Below are positions 26,461 to 36,813 of a stretch of 64,000 nucleotides of DNA, piece by piece. Below the pieces are notes generated by a model. It was not told where the DNA came from. It saw nothing but the letters and a program-made list of their open reading frames with translations, and searched no databases. A program made the position numbers and the translations under genes. Numbering within the stretch: position 1 is the stretch's first letter; every line of letters begins with the position of its first letter. Where the stretch lies: NCBI GenBank assembly GCA_023480885.1, contig JAMCWX010000072.1, forward strand, positions 10,628-74,627. The letters are read 5' to 3'. The stretch is from Chloroflexota bacterium. GTDB taxonomy: Bacteria; Chloroflexota; UBA6077; FW602-bin22; JACPRP01.

Positions 26461-27441
26461 GTGAGCAAGATAGTTTTCTTGTACAATCCTAGACTTCCGG
26501 ACGCAGAGCCTTTCGCCCACGATTTGGCCGGGCATCTTTCGCCTCTTGGTTTAGACATTCCAATCGTCTCTGTGTGGGAAGAAGCCGCTGCCAGAGAGAT
26601 GGTCAGCGGGGCGATGTTCGCGGTCACATTGGGCGGGGATGGCACTGTCCTGCGGGCGACGCGCATCGTCGCCCCGCTCGACGTGCCTGTCGTGGGCGTT
26701 AATCTTGGCAAGCTGGGATTCCTCACAGAGATGGATCGTGGTGAGGCCGCGCGCAAGCTGCCGGAGTTCGTCGCCGAGCATTTCTGGGTCGAGGAACGAG
26801 TGATGCTCTCGATTGAAATCGAGCGCCAGGCGCATCCTGCTCAGGGCGACTGGGTAGCTCCCCGCGCAGCAGTCGAGCATCTCTTCGCCGTAAACGACAT
26901 CGTGGCTGGCCGAGCTGGTCTTGCCAGGGCCGTAGATATAAGTATTTGGATCGATGGCATATTCGTAAGCAGGTATACCGCCGACGGTGTCATCGTCGCT
27001 ACGCCGACTGGCTCGACAGCATACTCGCTCGCCGCCGGGGGTCCTGTGCTGCATCCGCAGTTGGAGAACCTGCTTCTCACGCCTATTCTGCCGCATTTGA
27101 GCAATGCCTACCCGCTGATATGCCCGCCAGGTGCGAGCATTCAACTCGAAGTGTGCACCGGCCATCAGGCTGGAGTCACCGTCGACGGGCAGATCGATAT
27201 GCCGCTCTATAACGGCGATATGGTCAAGGCTTTTGCAGCCCCTCAAAAGGCCCGATTCCTGCGGGCACAGTCGCCATCGTATTTCTACTTTTCACTTGCC
27301 AAGAGGCTGCGAAGGGATTTGCGAGTGGATAGTTGCGAGCTTGCAGAAGGGAACTGCGACAACTCACGGCGAAATGCTGCGCAGGTCCTGGCAAAGGCGA
27401 CTGGCCCTTCCAAGGGAAGGGCTCGCTCGAAGAGAAGATAG
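26461..27441 (+). CDS. nadK: NAD kinase
   Basis: LGGDGT, GVNLGKLGFL, ND, DGVIVATPTGSTAYSLAAGGP. Confidence 0.95.
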   Translation: MSKIVFLYNPRLPDAEPFAHDLAGHLSPLGLDIPIVSVWEEAAAREMVSGAMFAVTLGGDGTVLRATRIVAPLDVPVVGVNLGKLGFLTEMDRGEAARKLPEFVAEHFWVEERVMLSIEIERQAHPAQGDWVAPRAAVEHLFAVNDIVAGRAGLARAVDISIWIDGIFVSRYTADGVIVATPTGSTAYSLAAGGPVLHPQLENLLLTPILPHLSNAYPLICPPGASIQLEVCTGHQAGVTVDGQIDMPLYNGDMVKAFAAPQKARFLRAQSPSYFYFSLAKRLRRDLRVDSCELAEGNCDNSRRNAAQVLAKATGPSKGRARSKRR

Positions 27442-27473
27442 GCCTCGGATTTTTTGGTGAGGTAGAACGGCCC

Positions 27474-29258
27474 TTGCTACTTGAGCTCACTATCGGCAAT
27501 TTTGCCATTGTCGACCACCTTCAGATTTCATTCTCTCACGGCTTCAATGCCTTGACCGGCGAGACGGGCGCTGGCAAATCCATCGTCATCGACGCCGTCG
27601 GCGCTCTCTTGGGCGAGAAGCTTGGCGCCGAATACGTGCGGAGTGGCTCGGACCAGGCCCGCGTGGAGGGAATTTTCGCCCTGCCTCAGGAAAGGGAACT
27701 GACCTATGGGGCGCTGCTGTCGACGCTCGAAGAGTACGGCCTCGACAACGGCGAAGGAACGCTGATTCTCAGCCGAGAAATCAATGCCTCCGGGCGCAGC
27801 GTATCGCGCGTGAACGGCCGGGCAGTGCCGGTGGCAGTGCTGCAGCAAATTGGCGCTTCCTTGATCGACATTCACGGCCAGAGCGAGCACCTTTCGTTGC
27901 TGCGCGTCTCGCAGCACGTCGATTTGCTCGACGAGTATGCCGGCCTTGGCGACCTTCGTGCTCAGATCGTCGCCAAAGTTGCTGCCCTGCGCCAGATAAG
28001 GCGAGAGCTGCAAGCGCTCTTGCGAGATGAGCGTGAACTGGCCCGCCGCACGGATTTGCTGCGCTTTCAGGCCAATGAGATCAACGCTGCTTCCCTCACG
28101 ATCGGCGAAGAAGACGAGCTGGAAGCTGAGCGTAGGATTCTGGCCAACGCCGAGACGCTGAGCGCTCTGGCGGATGGGGCTTACAAGCATCTCTACGATG
28201 GGCTGGAGGATCAACGCTCTGTTTCTGATCTTCTTGGGGATGTGAGCCTGAAGCTGGGCGACATCGTCAGGCTGGATCCCTCGCTGCAAGACGAGGCTGC
28301 TGTCTGCGAGGGCGCTTTGTACCAGATCGAAGAGCTGGCACGTTCTTTGCGAGCCTACCGTGATGGCATCGAGTACGATCCCGAGCGCCTCCTGGAAATC
28401 GAGGAAAGAATCGACCTGATCCGCACGCTGAAGCGGAAATACGGCAGCACGATCGAGGAAGTGCTCAGGTTCGGCGAAGAGGCGGCAGCCGAATTGGAGA
28501 TGCTGGGGCATAGCGAAGAGAGGGTCGCCGAGCTGCAGGATCAGGAAGGCAGCTTATTGCGCGAAATCGCTGTCCTGGGCGAGGAGATATCAGCGGCCCG
28601 AAAAAAGGCAGGTGAGGCGCTGGCTAAGGCAATGGAAGCGGAACTCGCCGACCTGAACATGCCCAAGGCCCGATTCATGATCTCTATGGAGCGTACCGAG
28701 GCGGTGGATGGCGTGACGCTGTCGGATGGGAAGACTTACGCCTTCGACGGGTCGGGGGTAGACAAAGTCGAGTTCTTGATCTCACCAAACCCGGGTGAGC
28801 CTCTCAAGCCGTTGGCGAAGATTGCCTCAGGCGGCGAGACTGCTCGTCTTATGCTTGCGCTGAAAACGATTCTCTCGAAGGCCGATCCAGTTCCTACCCT
28901 CATCTTCGACGAGATAGATCAGGGCATTGGGGGCCGAAGCGGCCAGATCGTCGGCAAAAAGCTCTGGAACCTCACTGGCAGGCATCAAGTCATTTGTGTC
29001 ACACACCTGCCTCAGATTGCTTGTTTTGGCGATTCACACTTCAGCGTCGCCAAGCGCGTCGTCGACGAGAGAACCACGACGACCGTGCGTACGCTATCGC
29101 GTGAGGATCGCGTTGAAGAGATAATGGCTATGCTCGGTAGTGTCTCTGGAAGCGAAGTGGCTCGCCGCAATGCGGAGGAGATATTGTTGGAGGCGGATCT
29201 GTGGAAATACAAGAGCGGGCCAAATGTGTCAAACACGCGGCTAGAAGCGGAGTGTTAG
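27474..29258 (+). CDS. recN: DNA repair protein RecN
   Basis: LTGETGAGKS, DIHGQ, coiled coil, ASGGE, FDEID, CVTHLPQIA. Confidence 0.96.
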   Translation: MLLELTIGNFAIVDHLQISFSHGFNALTGETGAGKSIVIDAVGALLGEKLGAEYVRSGSDQARVEGIFALPQERELTYGALLSTLEEYGLDNGEGTLILSREINASGRSVSRVNGRAVPVAVLQQIGASLIDIHGQSEHLSLLRVSQHVDLLDEYAGLGDLRAQIVAKVAALRQIRRELQALLRDERELARRTDLLRFQANEINAASLTIGEEDELEAERRILANAETLSALADGAYKHLYDGLEDQRSVSDLLGDVSLKLGDIVRLDPSLQDEAAVCEGALYQIEELARSLRAYRDGIEYDPERLLEIEERIDLIRTLKRKYGSTIEEVLRFGEEAAAELEMLGHSEERVAELQDQEGSLLREIAVLGEEISAARKKAGEALAKAMEAELADLNMPKARFMISMERTEAVDGVTLSDGKTYAFDGSGVDKVEFLISPNPGEPLKPLAKIASGGETARLMLALKTILSKADPVPTLIFDEIDQGIGGRSGQIVGKKLWNLTGRHQVICVTHLPQIACFGDSHFSVAKRVVDERTTTTVRTLSREDRVEEIMAMLGSVSGSEVARRNAEEILLEADLWKYKSGPNVSNTRLEAEC

Positions 29259-29308
29259 AGAAGTCTGGCGGGAAAACCGCTGCCGTAGATGCTCCGTGCC
29301 CAGGTGTG

Positions 29309-29788
29309 ATGATTAGAAAAGCCAGAATCCCTGACGTTGGCGCCATACAGCAGTTGGTGAATCATTTCGCCGATAACGGTGAGATGCTTCATCGTCCGCT
29401 GAGCGAGATATACGAAAATCTGCGCGACTATTTCGTCGCAGTCGAAGGCGATAACCTCCTGGCAAGCTGCGCTCTCCACATCAACTGGGAAGACCTGGTC
29501 GAAATAAAGGCGCTGGCGGTTGCCGACAAATGGCAACGCAAAGGTCTCGGCAAGCAGTTGATCGACGCTTGCTTGAAAGAAGCGAGAGAGCTAGGATTGA
29601 CGACCGTCTATGCCCTCACCTCGAAGCCCGAGTTCTTCGAGAAACTGGGCTTCCGTCGAGTGCAAGTTAGCGAGCTGCCGAACAAAGTCTGGGGGGAGTG
29701 CTTTCGCTGTGTCAAGTTCCCCAATTGCGATGAGGTAGCTGTGGTCTACAGCGCCGATTCTGCGGAGGATGTCAACCGTGCTGGTTAA
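29309..29788 (+). CDS. Short GNAT amino-acid N-acetyltransferase (ArgA-like)
   Basis: MLHRPLSEIYENLRDY, EIKALAV, QRKGLG, LPNKVWGECFRC.KFPNCDE. Confidence 0.85.
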   Translation: MIRKARIPDVGAIQQLVNHFADNGEMLHRPLSEIYENLRDYFVAVEGDNLLASCALHINWEDLVEIKALAVADKWQRKGLGKQLIDACLKEARELGLTTVYALTSKPEFFEKLGFRRVQVSELPNKVWGECFRCVKFPNCDEVAVVYSADSAEDVNRAG

Positions 29789-30857
29789 CAAGGATCGTCT
29801 AATAGCTACTTTCCGAGCGCTGGTCGAGATTCAAAGTCCAACCGGGCAGGAAGCGAACCTGATCTCCTACGTGGTGCCGAGGCTGGAAAGCGCCGGAGCG
29901 CGTGTCTCGGTCGATTCTGGAGGGAACGTCATCGCCAAGATCGATGGCGCAGGCGAGCCGATTCTGGTTTGTTCGCACCTGGACACTGTTATGCCCACTG
30001 CCGGGCTGAAGATAGTCGAGCGCAATGGCGTGTTCTACAGCGATGGTACGACGATCCTCGGCGCCGATGACAAGTCCGGCATCGCGGTTATCCTCGAGGC
30101 GGTCGAAAGTCTACGGGAGCAGCAGGTGCCACATCTTCCTGTCGAAGTGGTGCTCACTGTCGCGGAAGAAGTAGGGCTGGTCGGCGCCAAGACGCTTGAT
30201 TACAGCCAGATCGTGGCTAAGAGAGGCCTGTGTCTGGACACAAAGGGGCCGATAGGGACCATTATCGTGGAGGGACCTTCTCAGGTGTGTCTGGATGTCA
30301 CCATCGTGGGCAAGGCCGCACATGCGGGGATGTCACCCGAGAAGGGGATCAGTTCGATCGTCGTGGCCGCCGAGGCCATTTCATCGATGCCTCTGGGGCG
30401 CATCGACGAGGAGACGACGGCGAACGTGGGCATGATTCAGGGAGGCACGGCGACAAACATAATCCCCGAGAAGACGACTGTGGCAGGCGAGGCGAGGAGC
30501 CGAGATGAGCAGAAGCTAGAGGCGCAGGTCGATTGTATGGTCAGAGCCTTCCAGGTGGCGGGGGATCGTCATGGCGCGACAGTTCACGTGAATGTCGAGC
30601 ATGTTTACCGCGCGTTTCATCTCGGTCCAAACGATGAGATCGTTCGTATGATGTCCGAGGCAGCACGAAAGCTGGGCCTGCCTGCCAGGATGGAGGCGGG
30701 TGGAGGCGGGAGTGATACCAATATATTCAACGAGCGCGGCATACAGAGCGTCAACGTCAGCGTTGGCTACGAGGACCCTCATTCGACCAGCGAGCACATT
30801 GCCGTAGATGACCTGGTTAGGGCGGCGGAGTTGCTGGTTGCGGTGTTGAAGGGCTAG
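29769..30857 (+). CDS. M20B peptidase T-like metallopeptidase
   Basis: HLDTV, LGADDKSG, AEEVG, AHAG..PEKG, GGGSD, H. Confidence 0.9.
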   Translation: MSTVLVNKDRLIATFRALVEIQSPTGQEANLISYVVPRLESAGARVSVDSGGNVIAKIDGAGEPILVCSHLDTVMPTAGLKIVERNGVFYSDGTTILGADDKSGIAVILEAVESLREQQVPHLPVEVVLTVAEEVGLVGAKTLDYSQIVAKRGLCLDTKGPIGTIIVEGPSQVCLDVTIVGKAAHAGMSPEKGISSIVVAAEAISSMPLGRIDEETTANVGMIQGGTATNIIPEKTTVAGEARSRDEQKLEAQVDCMVRAFQVAGDRHGATVHVNVEHVYRAFHLGPNDEIVRMMSEAARKLGLPARMEAGGGGSDTNIFNERGIQSVNVSVGYEDPHSTSEHIAVDDLVRAAELLVAVLKG

Positions 30858-30888
30858 GCTGGCTCAGACTAACAAGGGGGACGAAGAG

Positions 30889-31422
30889 TTGGGCACCGAG
30901 ATTACTCTGTCAAGTGATCGTGTCTACGAAGGGCGTGTCATCCACCTGCGAGTGGATACAGTGCGGCTCGCCGATGGTGGCTTGACCAAGCGAGAGATAG
31001 TAGAGCATCGAGGAGCGGTTGCGCTGGTCGCGGTTGGCCAGGACGACAACGTGCTTCTCGTCAAGCAATATCGAAAGGCCGCCGGGAAAGACCTGCTGGA
31101 GATTCCAGCGGGGACGCTGGAACTCGGCGAGAACCCTCTCGATTGCGCGCAGCGGGAACTGCAGGAAGAAACTGGCCACAAGGCGGCTAGAATCGAGCCT
31201 CTCACTGGATTCTATCCCTGCCCAGGCTACAGCACCGAGTTCATTCACGTCTACGTCGCCACCGGATTGCAGCCGAGCGTGGCCGAGCACGACGACGATG
31301 AGGATATCGAGGTAGTGCCTGTGCCTTTCCCTGAGGCATTGAAGATGGTCGGCAGCGGCGAGATTTGTGACGCGAAGAGCATTATCGGGTTGCTCGCGTA
31401 CGCCAGGCGCAAAGGAATGTAG
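30889..31422 (+). CDS. NUDIX hydrolase, ADP-ribose pyrophosphatase-like
   Basis: KQYR, EIPAG, Nudix box AQRELQEETG, DAKS. Confidence 0.9.
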   Translation: MGTEITLSSDRVYEGRVIHLRVDTVRLADGGLTKREIVEHRGAVALVAVGQDDNVLLVKQYRKAAGKDLLEIPAGTLELGENPLDCAQRELQEETGHKAARIEPLTGFYPCPGYSTEFIHVYVATGLQPSVAEHDDDEDIEVVPVPFPEALKMVGSGEICDAKSIIGLLAYARRKGM

Positions 31423-31558
31423 ACGGCGACGTATTGTGTTGCGGAGGAGGATAGATGGTAAAAAGGGGTAAACGCCAACGCGGGGCACATAACTTACCCA
31501 GCGGTGGCGCAGGCATGCCGTACAGACCGCTAAGTCAGCTTTTGTAGGAGATGGAAAA

Positions 31559-32230
31559 GTGGATTGTCGTCAACTGGCTAAGCTGATCGACCATTCCCTG
31601 TTACAGGCGAATACCAGTGATAGCGATTTGCAGCTCGCCTGTGACATAGCTCGAAGATATTCCGTTGCCTGTCTGATCGTCAAGCCGTATCACGTGGCGA
31701 AGGCCCTGGAGTTGATGCGTGGCTCTGGAGTTCCCGTCGGCACCACGGTTGGCTTCCCTCACGGCTGTAATGCCTCGCTAGTGAAGGCTTTCGAGGCCGA
31801 AACCGCTCTGAAGGACGGCGCGGTCGAGGTGGATATGGTGGCGAACATCGGCGCGGTGAAATCCGGCGACTGGCGCTTCGTCGAGCAGGATATCGCCGGC
31901 GTCGTGGCGGTGGCGCGGCCGCAGCGGGCCATCGTCAAGGTTATCATCGAAGCCTGCTATCTGACGAACGAGGAGAAGGTCCGCGTCTGCGAAGTGGTGC
32001 AGGCTGCTGGCGCTGACTTCGTGAAGAGCACGACCGGCTACGGCCCGTCTGGTGCGCAGCCAGATGACATCAGGCTAATGCGCCAGGTTGTCGGGCCGGC
32101 GATGGGCGTCAAAGCATCAGGCGGGATACGCACGCTCAAGCAGACTTTGGAACTGATCGAGGCGGGGGCAAACAGAATCGGCACGTCCTCGACACAGGCG
32201 ATTTTGGAGGAATGCGCTCAGCGGGGATGA
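31559..32230 (+). CDS. deoC: Deoxyribose-phosphate aldolase
   Basis: IDHSLL, GFPHG, EVDMV, KVIIE, FVKSTTG, VKASGGIR, RIGTS. Confidence 0.95.
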   Translation: MDCRQLAKLIDHSLLQANTSDSDLQLACDIARRYSVACLIVKPYHVAKALELMRGSGVPVGTTVGFPHGCNASLVKAFEAETALKDGAVEVDMVANIGAVKSGDWRFVEQDIAGVVAVARPQRAIVKVIIEACYLTNEEKVRVCEVVQAAGADFVKSTTGYGPSGAQPDDIRLMRQVVGPAMGVKASGGIRTLKQTLELIEAGANRIGTSSTQAILEECAQRG

Positions 32231-32877
32231 AATGCGTTTCATCCCAAGGAGATACAACATTGTACGTCGACGGCGAGATCATCAAAGAGGCGGAAGCCAG
32301 GTTTGGCATTCCCAAAGATATATCCCTTCAGTTCGAGATAGATGATCGTGAGCTAGCCATTGTTCGCGGCAGCAGGAAGAACCAGCGTTCGCACGATATC
32401 ACTATGTTCATCTTCCTTGATGGTCGGGGAAATGGAAATGTGCGGACGAAGGACGCTCGGCTCGCGGTCATCAGGAAGCGCAGCTTCCCCCCAGGAGCGT
32501 ACAGAGCGCCTAGCGGTGGCCTCAAGCCCGGCGAGCCCCTGGAAGCAGGAGCAATGCGCGAGGCCCACGAGGAGACGGGGCTGGAGGTCGAGCTGGAAAG
32601 GTACCTGGTTCGGATTCACGCTACGTTTACTCATGGTAACGAGATCGAAAAGTGGGTCAGCCACGTCTTCAGCGCTCGCGTCGTGGGAGGCGATCTTGAG
32701 CCGATCGATACCGATGAGATAGAAGGCGCCACGTTCGTGAATCTGCGGGAGCTACAGGGGCCTATCAGGGATATCCTGCTGGGCTCGAAACGGGGCCTCT
32801 TGGCCTATCGCGTGGCGCTTACAGACTTCACCGTCAAGACACTTGTCGAGAATGGAGATATCGATCTTGGGGATTAG
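32227..32877 (+). CDS. NUDIX hydrolase
   Basis: PSGG...GAMREAHEETGL; start codon uncertain. Confidence 0.85.
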   Translation: MKCVSSQGDTTLYVDGEIIKEAEARFGIPKDISLQFEIDDRELAIVRGSRKNQRSHDITMFIFLDGRGNGNVRTKDARLAVIRKRSFPPGAYRAPSGGLKPGEPLEAGAMREAHEETGLEVELERYLVRIHATFTHGNEIEKWVSHVFSARVVGGDLEPIDTDEIEGATFVNLRELQGPIRDILLGSKRGLLAYRVALTDFTVKTLVENGDIDLGD

Positions 32878-32910
32878 ACGAGGGAATATGAATTGCACAA
32901 AGGCGTGATA

Positions 32911-34299
32911 ATGATTGATTTATTGGCTACCCATGAAAAACTGAAGAAGCTCATCGCCTCTTTTTCTCGGCGTAGCAAGCAAATATATGTCGTCGGCGGC
33001 TCTGTCCGCGACACGATACTTCAGCGCGAGCATATCGACATCGACTTTGCCACCGACGCGCGCCCTGAGCTCGTTAAGACTCTCGTGGCCGAGATTGAGC
33101 CAGAGGCGATCTACACTGTCGGCGAGAGGTTTGGCACGATAGGCGCCATAGTCGATGGTCGCGTATTGGAGATTACCACGTTCCGCTCGGAGCGCTACAA
33201 ACCGTACTCTCGCAAGCCTGACGTGAGCTTTGGCACTTCGCTCGAGGGGGACCTGTCGCGCCGGGATTTCACCATCAACGCCATCGCGCAGAATCCGCTT
33301 ACAGGCGAGATGATCGACCCGTACAATGGACTGAAGGACATCAAAGCGCGAGTGATTCGCGCCGTGGGAAATGCCGACGAACGGTTTACAGAAGACCCTT
33401 TGCGCATGATGCGCGCCGTGCGTTTCGCGGCCCAACTCGGCTTCGACATCGAATCTGGAACGGCTCAGGCGATTCTTCGCAATCATCGAGAGCTGCGTCT
33501 GGTCAGCCAGGAGCGCATCACAGATGAGATGAACAAGATTCTCTTGTCTCCGAATCCCGGCCAAGGGGTGCGCCGGCTCTGCGACCTGGGTATGATGGAG
33601 TTCATCGTGCCCGAGTTCCTGGAATTGCGGGGGACGGAGCAGGATGAGTATCATCACAAGGATGTCTTCGAGCACACGCTGATCGTGCTTGACAGGGTAG
33701 CTCCCGATTTGCGTTTACGCTGGGCGGCGTTGCTTCACGACATTGCCAAGCCGGTCACCAAGGTGATCGCCAATGGTGAGGTCCATTTCTATGGCCACGA
33801 CATTGTGGGGGCAGAGATGGCGCGGAGCATTATGCTACGGCTGCGGCTCGACAGAAGCACCATCGATGTGGTGCACAAGCTGGTTTCGATGCACCAGAGA
33901 ACGAATTTGTACGAGAGCTCGTGGACGGAGGGCGCGATTAGGCGCCTCATCCGCGATGCCGGCGACGAACTGGGTTTTCTTCTGGCGCTATCTCGCGCAG
34001 ATATCACCAGTCGAAGGCCGCGGAAAGTCGAGTACGCCCTCTCGCAGCTAGCCGAGCTTGAGGAGCGCATAAATCGCCTGATCGAACAGGAAGAGGTCAA
34101 GGCGCTGAAGAGCCCGCTCGACGGCAACGAATTGATGGCGATTTTCAATCGCCCGCCTGGTCCCTGGATCAAAGGGGTGAAAGAGTATCTGCTGTCGAAA
34201 GTGCTGGACGGTGAGCTTGCCCCTGACGACAAGGAAACAGCACGCAAGATGGCGGAGGAGTTTGTGACGAGGGAACGGGGAATAGGGAAGAAGGAATAG
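32911..34299 (+). CDS. cca: CCA tRNA nucleotidyltransferase with HD domain
   Basis: VGGSVRD, DIDF, RRDFTINA, EDPLRMMRA, LLHDIAKP. Confidence 0.9.
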   Translation: MIDLLATHEKLKKLIASFSRRSKQIYVVGGSVRDTILQREHIDIDFATDARPELVKTLVAEIEPEAIYTVGERFGTIGAIVDGRVLEITTFRSERYKPYSRKPDVSFGTSLEGDLSRRDFTINAIAQNPLTGEMIDPYNGLKDIKARVIRAVGNADERFTEDPLRMMRAVRFAAQLGFDIESGTAQAILRNHRELRLVSQERITDEMNKILLSPNPGQGVRRLCDLGMMEFIVPEFLELRGTEQDEYHHKDVFEHTLIVLDRVAPDLRLRWAALLHDIAKPVTKVIANGEVHFYGHDIVGAEMARSIMLRLRLDRSTIDVVHKLVSMHQRTNLYESSWTEGAIRRLIRDAGDELGFLLALSRADITSRRPRKVEYALSQLAELEERINRLIEQEEVKALKSPLDGNELMAIFNRPPGPWIKGVKEYLLSKVLDGELAPDDKETARKMAEEFVTRERGIGKKE

Positions 34300-34467
34300 G
34301 GAATAGGGATTAGGGGACAGGGACAGGGAATAGGGGGAAAGGAACTGAACCGTGGCATAGTCAAACCGGAGGCCAGGAACCACATGTCAGGACCTCCGCC
34401 CTGATCCCTAATCCCCATTCCCTAATCCTCATTCCCCAATCCCTGCTTGCTATTCCCTGTCTCCCCC
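34270..34467. repeat. Two oppositely oriented arrays of degenerate 7-nt tandem repeats (AGGGAAT / CCCTAAT type)
   Basis: About 11 G-rich units at 34270-34345 and about 10 C-rich units at 34399-34467. Confidence 0.8.
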
Positions 34468-35900
34468 CTTACTGCTGACAAGAGAATGCCGGCCACTGCG
34501 ATGGCCGTAATTACGAGAAAGGTATCCTGGATTGCGCCAAAGAAGGCCAATTGTGGAGGTATGTGAGCGGTAGTGCGCTGTGCGACCTGGACGCTGAAAA
34601 TAGCCCCGGCGGCGGCGACGCCGAAGACCATGCCTAGATTCCGCGCGGTTGCGACAACGCCTGACGCAATGCCTTGCCGCTGGCGCGGTGCGGAGCCCAG
34701 GATGGCGCTATTGTTGGGCGTAACGAAGATGCCGACCCCGAGCCCGATCAGCACAAGGCGCAAGATGATGTCTCTGGCGCTTGTCTGAGCGTTCAGGTCG
34801 CGGAGGCTGAACAACCCGGCGGCCAGAAGGGCCATGCCTATGGTCGAAGGCAGGCGAGAGCCAACGCGATCTGACAAATACCCGCTGATGGGAGCCACCA
34901 CGGCCATTACAATTGGTTGAGCAGTCAAGAGCAAACCGGCGAAGCCGGCGGGAAAGCCGCGGCCCTGCACCAGATAGAAGGGCATCAGGAAGATGATGGA
35001 GTAGACACACACATAGTTGATAAAAGAGCTCAGCGTGGCGGCAGAGAAAAGCTGATCGCGGAAGAGGCTCAGGTCCAGCATCGGGTGGGGCATCGTGCGC
35101 TCGAGCCACAGGAACACTGCGAGAAAAACCACAGCCCCGATGAACAGGCTCATTATGACCGGCGATGTCCATGTCATGTCCTGGCCCTTGGAGAGCGCCA
35201 GCATCAGAGCTCCCAGGCCGATCATCAGCGCGCTGGCTCCGGCCAAATCGAACGGCTCGCGCCTTCGTCCAGATGTCGAACGAGGAATAACCAGGAATGC
35301 CAGGGCCGTCGCCACGACGCCGATAGGGAGATTGACGTAGAAAATAGAGCGCCAGCCGAGATGGTCGGCGAGAAATCCACCAAGGGAAGGACCCACGGTC
35401 AAACCGAGATAGGTCATCGTGCCCTGCATACCGAGCACCTGGCCACGCTGTCTGGCCGGAAACGACCCAGTCAGAATGGCTGGTGAGGTGGAGGACAGCA
35501 TTGCCGCTCCCAATGCCTGGAAGATACGGGAGGCAACCAGGAGCCACTCGGTTGGGGAGAGGCCACAGAGGACTGAGCCAGCCGTGAAAACGATGAAGCC
35601 GCTATTATAGATGCGCTTGTGGCCCACAATGTCACCCAAGCGGCCGAAACTGAGGAGAAGGATGCTGAGCGTCAAGAGATAAGCAATGACCACCCATTCG
35701 ATCGTCGAGAGATCGGCTCCGAAGGATTGGCGAATGACTGGCAAGACCGTGTTGACGATGCTGCCATCCAGGGCGGCCATGAAGGTGCCAGTGCCAACCG
35801 TTATTAGAATCCACCATTTCCGCGGTAAGCTCAGCCACCATTTGCTCTCGAGAGACGTGCTGCCTGGTGCGGGTGCTGAATAGGGGGAGTCCTGGTTCAA
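34422..35900 (-). CDS. MFS DHA2 (EmrB/QacA-like) efflux transporter
   Basis: About 14 TM helices, LDGSIVN, GRLGDIVG, GPSLGG, WRSIFYVNLPIG. Confidence 0.92.
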   Translation of the reverse strand: MNQDSPYSAPAPGSTSLESKWWLSLPRKWWILITVGTGTFMAALDGSIVNTVLPVIRQSFGADLSTIEWVVIAYLLTLSILLLSFGRLGDIVGHKRIYNSGFIVFTAGSVLCGLSPTEWLLVASRIFQALGAAMLSSTSPAILTGSFPARQRGQVLGMQGTMTYLGLTVGPSLGGFLADHLGWRSIFYVNLPIGVVATALAFLVIPRSTSGRRREPFDLAGASALMIGLGALMLALSKGQDMTWTSPVIMSLFIGAVVFLAVFLWLERTMPHPMLDLSLFRDQLFSAATLSSFINYVCVYSIIFLMPFYLVQGRGFPAGFAGLLLTAQPIVMAVVAPISGYLSDRVGSRLPSTIGMALLAAGLFSLRDLNAQTSARDIILRLVLIGLGVGIFVTPNNSAILGSAPRQRQGIASGVVATARNLGMVFGVAAAGAIFSVQVAQRTTAHIPPQLAFFGAIQDTFLVITAIAVAGILLSAVRGETGNSKQGLGNED

Positions 35901-36025
35901 GCCCTGTTTCTCCTTTGGTCTCGCCAGCGTTCGAGAAAGTCTAGCACACCATCGTTTTCGGCGTCAATTGAACGCATCGTGTGTTCGACAAATAATTCGG
36001 GATGGCGAAACCGTGGAATCCGCTA

Positions 36026-36338
36026 CTACTGTCCTTTGAGCGTGACCGATGTCGACGTCGAGGTAGCTTCCTTGATGCTGGCAGGAACCTCAATGTTTGC
36101 CACTTCGATTAGACGGTTCACAAGCCCTGTGGTTATCTGCTCCGGAACCTGCCCGACCTGGACTGAGTCCACTACAACGCGCTCTGGTTATTGCGATGGC
36201 CCCATCAGCGCACGATGGCTTCGGAGTCTCCATTAGGGATAGCCCAACCAGCGCCCCGCCAGCCACCACCCCAGTGCCGACGATCCCACCTGCTACCCAG
36301 AGAAATCCACTCGCTTCTCCATTCTCCTTTTCTGCCAT
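36026..36338 (-). pseudogene. Probable frameshifted or internally deleted membrane-anchored protein remnant
   Basis: N-terminal TM segment in one frame; protein-like C-terminus VVVDSVQVGQVPEQ...SVTLKGQ* in another. Confidence 0.4.
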
Positions 36339-36813
36339 ACAATTTGAGTTACTGCGCGATCCAAGGTAGGCGCGTTCGAGAGTTACGCACCAATTGGCCG
36401 CTACATTTTCCGACGCAAGTGTCTTTGCACATTATACAAGTTGGCCGCCAGGCTCGCAAGTCTGACAGTTTGCTTCAAGACCTACGCCCGGCTAGCTGCT
36501 GTCTTGCCTGACCTATCGTGGAGAACTGCTTGTCACGTTTCTTGCGTGCGCTGTTGGCCTATCCCTCTGTCCTCATCCTTCGCTTTGACAAGTCCGGGCT
36601 GTGCTTGAACAGATAGATCACCACAAACTGATTAACTCACTCGTGCGAAACGAGCGGCGATCGCTTGCGCACAGGCTGCAGTCTGCCAACAAGTCTACCG
36701 CAAAACAGATTGAATCGCGCTTTGGTATCTGATATAATGGCGCTCGCACCTCGACCGGGATACCTGTGCCCAATGCAGCGAATACGCGAAATTCTGGGAG
36801 AAAAGGAGAAGAG

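Noticed and set aside
27333..27473. Extended recN N-terminus overlapping nadK
   Set aside because: RecN homology starts at LLELTIGNFA (TTG 27474), which has an upstream GAGGT
34270..34467. Possible CRISPR array
   Set aside because: Degenerate 7-mers with no unique spacers, and no cas genes in the window
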